Positions 38,739 to 47,708 of a DNA stretch of 64,000 nucleotides are shown one piece after another; position 1 is the first letter of the stretch; the number at the start of each line of letters is the position of its first letter. A model generated the notes under the pieces. That model saw nothing but the letters and a program-made list of their open reading frames with translations. It was not told the DNA's origin and did no database searches. A program made the translations under genes and the position numbers. This DNA comes from Chitinophagaceae bacterium (GTDB lineage Bacteria; Bacteroidota; Bacteroidia; Chitinophagales; Chitinophagaceae), in NCBI GenBank assembly GCA_036005185.1, contig DASYQS010000051.1, positions 7,420-71,419 of the forward strand. Direction: 5' to 3'.

Positions 38739-39049
38739 TTAAATCATCATCTCGTTTCCTCTTAAATTTTCGAATACATCTTTCCACTCCGGATCAAACT
38801 TATTTATCAAATTCATTTTTCGTTTTCTCGAACTTCCTTTTATCTTTTTTTTCTTTCGAAGGCTTCTGCTGTTAATGTGAATGCTTCAAAATATACAAGT
38901 TTTTCAATGTTATATCTTGACGTAAAGTTCTTTGCAAAAAGGTTGCTTTTATGCTCCGAAATTCTTTTATACAAATCAGTCGTGGCACCACAATACAAAA
39001 CAGTATTATGAGCATTCGTCATTATATAGAAGTAACCGTATTGATGCAC
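38739..39049 (-). pseudogene. GIY-YIG nuclease-family small protein, frameshifted in an A8 homopolymer
   Basis: The 69-aa ORF (YIMTNAHNTVLYCGATTDLYKRISEHK) stops at 38840. A different frame continues directly as KKKKIKGSSRKRKMNLINKFDPEWKDVFENL, the expected family C-terminus, down to the stop at 38739-38741. The switch point is the A8 run (plus-strand T8, 38845-38852). Confidence 0.65.
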
Positions 39050-39096
39050 AAGAAATGTTTTTGCAATTGAGGAGTTGGCTTCGAAATTTATTGGGT

Positions 39097-40107
39097 TTAT
39101 CCCAATAAATTTCTCGCCAGTAAATACTCCGCAATCTGCACAGCATTTGTTGCTGCTCCTTTTCGAAGATTATCGCTAACGATCCACATATTCAAAGTCT
39201 TTGGCTGCGTTTCATCTCTTCTTAATCTTCCTACAAATACCTCATCTTTTTCATGGGCATCCATTGGCATAGGGTATTTTTGAGTAGCGGGATCATCAAT
39301 CACTATAACACTCGGTGCATTACAAAGAAGTTTTTTTACTTCATCCATGTCATACTCATTTTCAAATTCCACATTCACGCTTTCACTATGCCCGCCCATT
39401 ACAGGAATACGAACGGTGGTTGCTGTAAGCTTTATAGAATCATCCCTCATGATCTTTTTTGTTTCATTTACCATCTTCATTTCCTCTTTCGTATATCCGT
39501 TTTCTAAAAACACATCTATTTGAGGAATGGCATTCAGATCGATTGGATATTTATATGCCATAGTGTATTCGCCATTTATTCCCTTTACCTCTTTTTCTCT
39601 TTCAGCTTTTAATTGATCAACCGCTTTTTTTCCTGTTCCGGTTACACTTTGATAAGTGCTAACTACAATTCTTTTGATCTTGTATTTTTTGTGAAGAGGA
39701 TTTAAAGCCACCACCATTTGAATTGTTGAACAATTTGGATTGGCAATGATCTTGTCTTCTTTGGTTAATACATCGGCGTTAATTTCAGGTACCACTAATT
39801 TTTTTGTGACATCCATTCTCCATGCTGATGAATTATCAACCACCGTAATTCCGGCTTCTGCAAATTTTGGCGCCCATTCCAGTGATGTGCTGCCACCTGC
39901 AGAAAAAATAGCTACAGAAGGCTTGGCGGCAATGCCATCTTCCATGCTAACAACCTTATACTTCTTTCCCTTAAATTCAACTTCTTTACCAACAGATCTT
40001 TCAGAAGCAACAGGAACTATTTCCGTAACAGGAAAATTTCTTTCTGCTAATACTTGCAACATTTTTGATCCAACGAGGCCAGTGGCGCCTACTACTGCAA
40101 CTTTCAT
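39097..40107 (-). CDS. asd: aspartate-semialdehyde dehydrogenase
   Basis: N-terminal Rossmann motif VAVVGATGLVG, active-site NPNCSTIQMV, 336 aa. Confidence 0.95.
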   Translation of the reverse strand: MKVAVVGATGLVGSKMLQVLAERNFPVTEIVPVASERSVGKEVEFKGKKYKVVSMEDGIAAKPSVAIFSAGGSTSLEWAPKFAEAGITVVDNSSAWRMDVTKKLVVPEINADVLTKEDKIIANPNCSTIQMVVALNPLHKKYKIKRIVVSTYQSVTGTGKKAVDQLKAEREKEVKGINGEYTMAYKYPIDLNAIPQIDVFLENGYTKEEMKMVNETKKIMRDDSIKLTATTVRIPVMGGHSESVNVEFENEYDMDEVKKLLCNAPSVIVIDDPATQKYPMPMDAHEKDEVFVGRLRRDETQPKTLNMWIVSDNLRKGAATNAVQIAEYLLARNLLG

Positions 40108-40290
40108 TTACCCTCCTTACCTCCTTAAAGGGAGGAATTTTTGTAATTAATAAATAATATTGTTTGTTCTCTTTCTCTCCTTGCCCCTTTTTAGGGGGGT
40201 TAAAAAAACAAGCCTTCCATTTGGAAGGCCTGCAATCTTTTATGGTTACACACATAACGCTACAAACCTTCCGCCTTAGGCGAATTGTTT
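40108..40290 (-). promoter_or_regulatory. structured asd 5' leader: candidate terminator/antiterminator plus tandem SD-like elements
   Basis: Minus strand: GGAAGGUUUG (40272-40263), CAGGCCUUCC (40232-40223), GGAAGGCU (40218-40211), then U7 (40208-40202). Immediately before the ATG it reads CCUCCC-UUU-AAGGAGG-U-AAGGAGGG-UAA-AUG. Confidence 0.35.
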
Positions 40291-40429
40291 CTTATTGCGT
40301 TTTGTATGCTTACAGTTTTGCATAAAGTGATGGCAAAAGTAAAGCGCTAAATCGTTCTATCAAAATTTAATCACATTTTTTTGAAGAAGACTCATAATTT
40401 TAAGTTTAAACGCCTCATCCTGTTATTGA

Positions 40430-42139
40430 ATGAAAATTGCCAAAATTATACTGCTAATTTTTTTTATCCCTTTTTTTTCATTTTCTCAAAATCGCTATGA
40501 TGTTGTCATTGATGAAATCATGGCTGATCCCACCCCTCAACTAAGTTTGCCAAATAATGAATGGATCGAGTTAAAAAATACAACTACTTCACCGATCAAT
40601 CTACAAGGCTGGCGTATTGGTGATGCTACGGGGCAAAGCGGGCCTTTGCCAAATTTTACTTTGCAACCCGACAGCTTTGTAATTATTTGTACTAGCAGTA
40701 CAGTGACAGCCATGTCCGTCTTCGGAACCACTGTTTCTGTTACCAGTTTTCCTTCGCTTGATAATGATGGTGATCAAATTTTTCTGCGTGCCTCAAATGG
40801 TCGTACTATCCACGCAGTTGGCTATTCTCTTTCATGGTATCAAAATGAATTAAAAAAAGATGGAGGATGGACATTGGAAATGGTGGATACCAAAAGCCCT
40901 TGTGTGGGCGCCAGCAATTGGAAGGCAAGTATAAATCCACAAGGTGGCACTCCGGGAAAGAAAAATTCTATTGATGCAGTAAATAATGATCAAACAGGGC
41001 CAAAACTGAAATATGCCTATCTAACAGATAGCATTACAATCATTGCCGTATTTGACGAACCTCTTGATAGTTTAAAGGGAGCAACATCCAGTAATTATTC
41101 TATTGACGGAGGTTTATCTATTATCACTGCAACAACTCTGGCTCCATTATTTAACACAGTGCAGTTGAAACTAAATGCCCATTTATTGTCAAATACAGTT
41201 TACAATCTTGCTGTTAACAATGTTACTGATTGCAAAAACAATACAATCGGAACGGAAAATGAGGTCAGGATCGGTTTGCCTGTTGAAGCATCGCCCTTAG
41301 ATATTGTCATCAACGAAATTCTCTTTGATCCCAAAAGCAACGGTAATGATTTTGTAGAATTTTATAATGCTAGTAATAAAATTATCGACGCTTCAAAACT
41401 TTATGCAGCTAATCGCAACAGCAGCGGCATTATCAGCTCAATCAAACAAATTTTTCCGACGCTATTTTATATTTTTCCGAACGATTATTTTGTCATTACA
41501 GAAGATACCGCTAATCTTCAGATGAACTACTTAGTGCAAAATCCAGACGCTATACTAATGCTATCTTCTCTACCATCCTATCCAAATGATGAAGGAGATG
41601 TTATACTATTGAATGGACAAGGTGCTGTAATAGATGAAGTAAAATACAAAGACGACTGGCATTTTAAATTAATTGATAATCCCAAAGGTGTTTCATTGGA
41701 AAGGGTTGATCCTGCAGGTCCATCCCAAGATGCTGCTAATTGGCATAGCGCCGCTTCGACAGCCGGTTATGGTACGCCTACTTACAAAAATTCTCAATAC
41801 AAGCAAACACAGATCATTGATGCAACAATAGACATCGCACCAAAAATTTTTAGTCCAGATAATGACGGGCAGGATGATATTGCCATCATTCAGTATAAGG
41901 TAGCTGAACCAGGTTATATTGCCAACGTAATTATTTTTAATGCCCAGGGAAGACCTATTCGGGATCTTGTTAAAAATGGAACTCTTGGATTAAATGGCCA
42001 ATGGAATTGGGATGGCCTTGATGAAAAAGGAAATAAGCTTCCGATTGGTCCTTATATTATTTATACAGAAATTTTTAACCTTAAAGGAAAGAAACAACAT
42101 TTTAAAAATACCGTTGTGCTTGCGAGGAAATTAAATTGA
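40430..42139 (+). CDS. secreted protein with two lamin-tail (LTD) domains and a T9SS type-B C-terminal sorting domain
   Basis: LTD-like blocks VVIDEIMADP...NEWIELKNTT and IVINEILFDPKSNGNDFVEFYNAS. C-terminus IFSPDNDGQDDIAIIQYKV...WNWDGLDEKGNKLPIGPYIIYTEIF...VVLARK resembles the gliding-motility/type-B CTD. Confidence 0.65.
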   Translation: MKIAKIILLIFFIPFFSFSQNRYDVVIDEIMADPTPQLSLPNNEWIELKNTTTSPINLQGWRIGDATGQSGPLPNFTLQPDSFVIICTSSTVTAMSVFGTTVSVTSFPSLDNDGDQIFLRASNGRTIHAVGYSLSWYQNELKKDGGWTLEMVDTKSPCVGASNWKASINPQGGTPGKKNSIDAVNNDQTGPKLKYAYLTDSITIIAVFDEPLDSLKGATSSNYSIDGGLSIITATTLAPLFNTVQLKLNAHLLSNTVYNLAVNNVTDCKNNTIGTENEVRIGLPVEASPLDIVINEILFDPKSNGNDFVEFYNASNKIIDASKLYAANRNSSGIISSIKQIFPTLFYIFPNDYFVITEDTANLQMNYLVQNPDAILMLSSLPSYPNDEGDVILLNGQGAVIDEVKYKDDWHFKLIDNPKGVSLERVDPAGPSQDAANWHSAASTAGYGTPTYKNSQYKQTQIIDATIDIAPKIFSPDNDGQDDIAIIQYKVAEPGYIANVIIFNAQGRPIRDLVKNGTLGLNGQWNWDGLDEKGNKLPIGPYIIYTEIFNLKGKKQHFKNTVVLARKLN

Positions 42140-42200
42140 TTGACGGTCTTCTTTCAGTTTTTCAGCGATCAACAAATTCTATAAGACATTTTACTTAATA

Positions 42201-42228
42201 AAAGCCCGGACAGAATTGTCCGGGCTTT
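42201..42228. terminator. bidirectional intrinsic terminator
   Basis: AAAGCCCGGACA-GAAT-TGTCCGGGCTTT lies between the convergent genes ending at 42139 (+) and 42252 (-). Perfect GC-rich stem with A/T runs on both sides. Confidence 0.65.
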
Positions 42229-42251
42229 ACCAAACACACTATCCCTGTTAC

Positions 42252-42560
42252 TTAATAAACTCTTTTGGTCTTATAAATTCTCTTGGTAGTTGGGTGCTTT
42301 TTATCTTTGTGTCTTCCTAACAGATAACCGCCAGCCCCACCAACAACACCACCAATAATAGCCCCTTTAGCATGATGTTTACTGATTACAGCTCCTGTAG
42401 CAGCACCGGCACCGGCACCAATAACGCCATATTTCTTTCTGTGACTCCAGCCTTTTTTATGTTTTACTACTGTTTTTTCCTGCGCCTGTGTTTCAACAAA
42501 AGCACCCGATACCATGGTGAGTCCAAATGCCATTGCTACTATTAAAAAGAATTTTTTCAT
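42252..42560 (-). CDS. small secreted glycine-zipper protein
   Basis: Signal peptide. Gly-zipper GVIGAGAGAATGAV...GAIIGGVVGGAGGYLLG. Lys/His-rich flanks. Confidence 0.55.
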   Translation of the reverse strand: MKKFFLIVAMAFGLTMVSGAFVETQAQEKTVVKHKKGWSHRKKYGVIGAGAGAATGAVISKHHAKGAIIGGVVGGAGGYLLGRHKDKKHPTTKRIYKTKRVY

Positions 42561-42807
42561 AAAATACCATTTTATTAATTATTACTATCATTAACGCTAT
42601 GGTCTTAAAACAACATTCAAGCCAATGCCAGATTTGAAAATAAATCGCCTAAAACATAGAAGGTTCTGCATAAAAAAATAATAAATGTGAAACATGAAAT
42701 AATAAATAATTACGAATTAAAAATCATCTTATATAATGATGCTGATTGATTGAGCTAGTATAATTTCTTAAATGAAAAATAATTAAACAGAGGATTAACA
42801 GTTGCTT

Positions 42808-44832
42808 TTATTTAGGGAGAAGAAACCCCAGTGTAAAACTTTTCTTAACTCCCATTAAAAGCGATTGCAAAAAATAATGCGACATAAGTCGTGTGGGATC
42901 TCTTGGATAATTAACCATGCCGGCTCTCTTTCTTTCAGGCAATGATCTGTCTTTATTCAAAGGAATAATAAGATGACGAAGCATGAAAGATGCAAAATCA
43001 GCAACATTTTTTTCTTCTGTGTGCTTTTTTAATTGCTGAATGATGAGATGATGATAAGCTCCGACTATTTTTCCTGTTGATCGCTCATTTGTCATGGTAA
43101 AATCAAATGATAAAAAATCGAGAAATCCGGTTTTGATCCTGATCTTGCCCAAGTTTTCTGATGATGAATTCAATTTTGTAAGCTCCAATCTTTCTATTGC
43201 ACCCTTTATGCGGTAAGGTTTATTTGAGCTTAAAGGCATCAAGACAATTCCATGCACAATTCCTGAACCCATGATAGAGCCAACAACATTCATATTTATA
43301 TATTCAGGATCTGAAGCAACTGGATGGTTGATAAGAGGTGATATTGTTGCTCGGGCCCTTTCAATTCGCAAAATACCTGTTTGCCCATACCCGGCTCTTG
43401 GATATTCTTCATATTCTACTGTAGAAGCGGCAAGATTACAGGTTTTTACGCGGATATCGAAAGGAATCTCTTTTAAATATTCAACAGGTAATGGCAGAGA
43501 CTTTTGCAGTCTTGGTAATCTTCTATCTCTGAAAACGTAAGCTTTACTTTCACCAACCAATATTTTTTCCGCGATCAGTTTGTGATCTAATAATTTTTGA
43601 AAATCGGGTTTTAGAATTTCTATTTTTGAAACATGAGCATTCACGCGGTCAGCCTGGTGGCCAAGCTTTCTTCCAAATTCATATTTGCCAAACTTCGGAG
43701 TGATCTTTAACTCATCCAAACGAATAAATTCTTCTTCACTGTCCAAATTAATTTTTTTTATTTCAGCCTGGTGATAACTATCAGCTGAATATTGAATGTT
43801 AGTTAAGCTTGCCCACACGGAGCCAAAATGTAAATTGCCCTTATTGAAGGATTCATGAATGTCTATTTGATACAGTTCCATATTTGCCTTGAGCTGGCAT
43901 TTCGCTAGTTTATCATGATATGATATGGCTGAGTTGCGAAGCTGGAAAGCGTCTGCATGAATTTTTTTAAGGTTAAAGGGAAGCGATTGCAATTTTGGCC
44001 CCTCTTTTCTGCCGATCACAATTTTACTTTCATCTACCACTATCTTTTTTGCAGTGAGGATTTTGTCATTTAATAGTCGCATCACATCAAAGCCAGTAAT
44101 ATTTATTGTGGAAATATTTGCCCGACTAGACTCTACATCTGAAATAAGACTGATGGAATCTATCGATAAAATTTTCTTGTCACTATTAAGTTCCAACTGC
44201 TGGATTTGAACTTTATAATTGGTTGACGGATAATTTAAATTTGCTAAACGCAGATCGATAGATGAAAACACAGGTTTATTTCCGGGTTTATCAACAGAAA
44301 GGCCCTTGAATGTAACCTCTCCTTTTGCAAGCAATTGATCTTTGTCGGTATATAAAAAAACAGCAGTTCTTTTTAATTCAATACTTCTTATAAAAAGATT
44401 TTTAAAAGGCCATGTCATCTTTTTTAAAACATCTAATTGTGCTGAATCCTTTTTTTCAAGAAGAAATTGGTCTAGATGGATATTTCCATCTTCTAAAATA
44501 AATCTGTCTGCAGCAAGCTTTTTACCAAATAGAAATTTCAAAAAGTTAATCCCTTTTAAAGATGTGTGAGGAAACAAGAGCACATGCTTGTTCTGTTGTC
44601 TTTCATCATAAGGGGTAAAATTTATTTCCAAACTATCAAAAGAAACGGATGAAGAAAAAATGTTGGGATGGATAGACGAAACCCTTACCTGCATGGCAGG
44701 AGAAAGCTCTGTAAGCTGTTGCCTGATGTTTTTTCGAATAACCCTACTAAGAATAAAAAAAAGCGCAATAAAGACTAAACAAATTGCAAGAAAAACTCTA
44801 AGAATGATTTTTATGGTTCTCCTTCCCTTCAC
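42808..44832 (-). CDS. large membrane-anchored hypothetical protein (AsmA-like architecture, unverified)
   Basis: 674 aa, GTG start, single N-terminal TM (ILRVFLAICLVFIALFFIL), then a long beta-rich repetitive region. No catalytic motif recognised. Confidence 0.4.
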   Translation of the reverse strand: MKGRRTIKIILRVFLAICLVFIALFFILSRVIRKNIRQQLTELSPAMQVRVSSIHPNIFSSSVSFDSLEINFTPYDERQQNKHVLLFPHTSLKGINFLKFLFGKKLAADRFILEDGNIHLDQFLLEKKDSAQLDVLKKMTWPFKNLFIRSIELKRTAVFLYTDKDQLLAKGEVTFKGLSVDKPGNKPVFSSIDLRLANLNYPSTNYKVQIQQLELNSDKKILSIDSISLISDVESSRANISTINITGFDVMRLLNDKILTAKKIVVDESKIVIGRKEGPKLQSLPFNLKKIHADAFQLRNSAISYHDKLAKCQLKANMELYQIDIHESFNKGNLHFGSVWASLTNIQYSADSYHQAEIKKINLDSEEEFIRLDELKITPKFGKYEFGRKLGHQADRVNAHVSKIEILKPDFQKLLDHKLIAEKILVGESKAYVFRDRRLPRLQKSLPLPVEYLKEIPFDIRVKTCNLAASTVEYEEYPRAGYGQTGILRIERARATISPLINHPVASDPEYINMNVVGSIMGSGIVHGIVLMPLSSNKPYRIKGAIERLELTKLNSSSENLGKIRIKTGFLDFLSFDFTMTNERSTGKIVGAYHHLIIQQLKKHTEEKNVADFASFMLRHLIIPLNKDRSLPERKRAGMVNYPRDPTRLMSHYFLQSLLMGVKKSFTLGFLLPK

Positions 44833-45027
44833 TGATCCATTTTATAATTAAACGAATGAAAAAAATATTAAGTTGCCAGGGAAGGGTTTGTTAACGTTTT
44901 AGCCTTGAAAGTTCAAAAAAGATACCACAAGCTTTAAATAAAAGCCCTTTAGGCAAAATAGAAGTTGAAAACTTGATATTCAATCGTTGTGCACGCTATA
45001 CAATAAAAGCTTTTTTATAAGACACCT

Positions 45028-45438
45028 CTATTTTTCTAATTTCTTCTCCAGTATTTCTTTTCTTTTTATCCATTTATCTATCGGGTCCGGAAAATGGAAT
45101 CCATCTTTTTTAAATCCGGTTTTTTTCAATATAGCATTGCTAAGCTGCTCCAGCTTTTTTCCATCAACATGCCGGGAGAGTGAATGGGTCAAATGATCCT
45201 TCATTGTTTGCTCAAATACTTCAATGCCGCGATTGATTACCCGCATTTCATCTTTATATTCTTTTTGCTTTCGATAAATGATCATAAGTCTTTCGAAAGC
45301 AAATTCATCGGCATAATCTTCTTTAATATTTTGTTCATACAGCTTAATGGCTTTGTTTACATCGCCATCCTTTTCTGCCTGTTTGGCTGTATCATTCCTT
45401 TCTTCAATTTTCATTGCAATCTTATAATTCCTTGCCAT
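45028..45438 (-). CDS. hypothetical helical protein
   Basis: The track ORF extends to 45492. The ATGs at 45438 (MARNYKI) or 45414 (MKIEERN) look more natural than the MYKNSSLFIWHKFLF leader. Charged helical sequence with no recognised family. Confidence 0.35.
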   Translation of the reverse strand: MARNYKIAMKIEERNDTAKQAEKDGDVNKAIKLYEQNIKEDYADEFAFERLMIIYRKQKEYKDEMRVINRGIEVFEQTMKDHLTHSLSRHVDGKKLEQLSNAILKKTGFKKDGFHFPDPIDKWIKRKEILEKKLEK

Positions 45439-45578
45439 GTAATTTGCAAACAAAAATTTATGCCAAATAAATAATGATGAATTTTTATACATAAAAATTA
45501 ATCACGTGCTTATCTCTTTTATTTTTCTTCTCCGGTAGATGGCAGGATAATTGTTTTGCCTTATGGAAATCATACTGT

Positions 45579-46868
45579 ATGAAAGCTATTCTTTTTTCTG
45601 CAATAGCCGTTATCGTCATTGCTTGTAAGGGTAAACAAAAAAGTGAAACTGCTGAGGCTCCACCAATGCCTGCTGATACCGCTACTGCTGAAACACAAGA
45701 ATTGAACTTGCCCCCGCCTTATGCTACCAAATCTGTCCGAAATATGAGTGAAATCATTGCCTGGCCTTCTGGAAAAAAGCCAATTGCACCCGAAGGTTTT
45801 GTGGTATCAAAATTTGCAGATAGTCTTGACCACCCACGCTGGGTCTATCAGGCCTCTAACGGTGATGTATTTATTGCTGAATTGAACAGCCCTCATAATA
45901 CTCTTGAAAAAATTACAGGAAAGAATAAAAGCGCTGATCAAATTACTTTATTGCGTGATGCTGATAAAGATGGTGTTCCTGAATTGAGAACGGCATTTTT
46001 AAAAGACCTTAACAAACCATTCGGGATGCTCATCATTGGAAATAATTTTTATGTAGCCAATACAGATGGGCTTGTAAAATTTCCATATAAACCGGGCAGT
46101 ACATTCATTACGGAAAAAGGAAAACAGATCATATCATATCCCGGCGGGCCTCGACACTGGACGAGAAATATTATTGCCAATGCCGATGGTTCTAAAATTT
46201 ATATATCGATTGGTTCTTCTTCTGATCATGCCGAAGATGGAATAGATAAAGAACAAAGAAGAGCAATGATCCTTGAAATAAATCCTGATGGAAGTGGTGA
46301 AAAAGTATATGCAAGCGGCTTGCGAAATCCTGTAGGAATGGATTGGGCTCCCGGTACACAAATATTGTGGACCGCCGTGAATGAAAGAGATGAATTGGGT
46401 GATGATCTTGTGCCGGATTATCTTACTTCAGTAAAAGAGGGAGGATTTTATGGCTGGCCATATTCTTATTGGGGTAAACATAAAGATCCAAGAGTAAAAG
46501 AAGAAAAACCGGATCTTGTTGATAAAGCTATTATTCCCGATGTTCCACTGGATAATCATTCTGCGCCATTGGGACTTGCCTTTTATACTAAAACTTCATT
46601 TCCTGCCAAATACAGAGATGGTGCTTTTATTGGCCAACATGGTTCGTGGAATAAGTCAACCTTAGCGGGATATAAAGTAGTGTTTGTTCCCTTTAAAAAT
46701 GGAAAACCCTCCGGAAGACCAGAAGATTTTTTGACAGGGTTCATTGCTGATAAATCAAGTAATAAAGTATATGGCAGGCCCGTTGGCGTTACAGTGCTTC
46801 AAGATGGATCTTTACTGGTAGCTGATGATGGCTCTAATATCATTTGGAGAGTGGCGGCGAAGGGTTGA
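45579..46868 (+). CDS. PQQ-dependent sugar (glucose/sorbosone) dehydrogenase-family lipoprotein
   Basis: Lipobox (VIVIACK). Beta-propeller blocks typical of sorbosone dehydrogenase-like proteins (HWTRNIIANADGSKIYISIGSSSDH, GLRNPVGMDWAPGT, GGFYGWPYSYWG, GRPVGVTVLQDGSLLVADDGSN). Confidence 0.75.
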   Translation: MKAILFSAIAVIVIACKGKQKSETAEAPPMPADTATAETQELNLPPPYATKSVRNMSEIIAWPSGKKPIAPEGFVVSKFADSLDHPRWVYQASNGDVFIAELNSPHNTLEKITGKNKSADQITLLRDADKDGVPELRTAFLKDLNKPFGMLIIGNNFYVANTDGLVKFPYKPGSTFITEKGKQIISYPGGPRHWTRNIIANADGSKIYISIGSSSDHAEDGIDKEQRRAMILEINPDGSGEKVYASGLRNPVGMDWAPGTQILWTAVNERDELGDDLVPDYLTSVKEGGFYGWPYSYWGKHKDPRVKEEKPDLVDKAIIPDVPLDNHSAPLGLAFYTKTSFPAKYRDGAFIGQHGSWNKSTLAGYKVVFVPFKNGKPSGRPEDFLTGFIADKSSNKVYGRPVGVTVLQDGSLLVADDGSNIIWRVAAKG

Positions 46869-46899
46869 TTGACAATTGTGAATTGGCAAACTAAACCGG

Positions 46900-47511
46900 C
46901 TACTTCTTTAAAACCTCCGAGAGTTTTTTAAAGCTCTCGTAAGGGGCTTTGTCGGCAAAAGAATTTACAACCCATGCAGGAAGATTTCCGCCCGGGTCAG
47001 CCTCAAATATATAGATGATACTAATAGTTTTTGGTGTAGGCATTGTAACATGCCAATTAATAGATGAGCTAACCACTCTTACTTTTCCATCTTTTTCAGG
47101 AACTAATCTGTTTTCACTTATAGACGAAACCTTCATAAATCTCTGCAGACTATCTCTTGTAATTTTTAAATGCACTACAGCATCGCGGTTCGACATGGGC
47201 CAGGGAATAGAAGTTTCTGTGTAATAATAAAGATCATAAGGCGAGATTTTTTTTATGAGGTAAGACATTTTTGTATTGTAAACCCAATCTTTTAAATGCT
47301 CAATATCAGTAAGAATATTAATTAGCTTATCAAAAGTTCCTTGTAAAGTACATTCAACCTTTATGCTTTTGAATTTGGAATGTGGGTTTTCGGCTTGGTA
47401 CACCTTAATACCATCCTTATCCCTAGTTAATTTCCATTTGTACTGGCTAAAGCCTGCCAAAACAATGGCAGAAAATAAAGTAACAAAAACAATTCTTGCA
47501 ACCAATTTCAT
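46900..47511 (-). CDS. secreted START-domain lipid-binding protein
   Basis: The ATG at 47511 gives MKLVARIVFVTLFSAIVLAGFSQ. START-like blocks WKLTRDKDGIKVY, PWPMSNRDAV and GGNLPAWVVNSFADKAPYESFKKL. Confidence 0.65.
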   Translation of the reverse strand: MKLVARIVFVTLFSAIVLAGFSQYKWKLTRDKDGIKVYQAENPHSKFKSIKVECTLQGTFDKLINILTDIEHLKDWVYNTKMSYLIKKISPYDLYYYTETSIPWPMSNRDAVVHLKITRDSLQRFMKVSSISENRLVPEKDGKVRVVSSSINWHVTMPTPKTISIIYIFEADPGGNLPAWVVNSFADKAPYESFKKLSEVLKK

Positions 47512-47649
47512 CAAATTTATTTTGGTAACGCTTACAATACATCTACGTACATATATATGATCTTTGAAAATAAGAATTTATTTGATAAATAAATTTATGC
47601 CCTATTAACACTTTAACAGTTTAAAACGATAAGAAAGGCAAATAATTAT

Positions 47650-47684
47650 ATCGCCGGTGATTTACAATGTATTTCACCGGCGAT
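47650..47684 (-). terminator. hairpin downstream of the MBOAT operon
   Basis: ATCGCCGGTGA (47650-47660) pairs with TCACCGGCGAT (47674-47684), an 11-bp perfect stem 25 nt past the MBOAT stop. The flanks are A/T-rich. Confidence 0.5.
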
Positions 47685-47708
47685 TTTTGTAAAAGGAGCA
47701 GCGATTTG

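Noticed and set aside
39740-40150. 136-aa plus-strand ORF antisense to asd, and similar antisense ORFs such as 47830-48192 in the MBOAT gene, 9184-9501 in the trehalase gene, 29440-29757 in SusC and 11633-11932 in the PAP2 gene
   Set aside because: All lie fully inside well-supported genes on the opposite strand. They show low-complexity composition and no motifs. They are typical shadow ORFs.
40001-40255. 84-aa minus-strand ORF spanning the asd leader, considered as a leader peptide or small gene
   Set aside because: It reads through the terminator hairpin and overlaps the asd start in another frame. It has no run of regulatory codons (Lys/Thr/Met) and does not stop before the terminator as attenuator peptides do. 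Most likely it is a chance ORF.
40108-40330. Lysine (L-box) riboswitch upstream of asd
   Set aside because: I could not find the conserved L-box core elements or its five-helix layout by eye, and the region before the terminator is only ~100 nt. I kept it as an unclassified attenuator candidate instead. An Infernal scan would be decisive.
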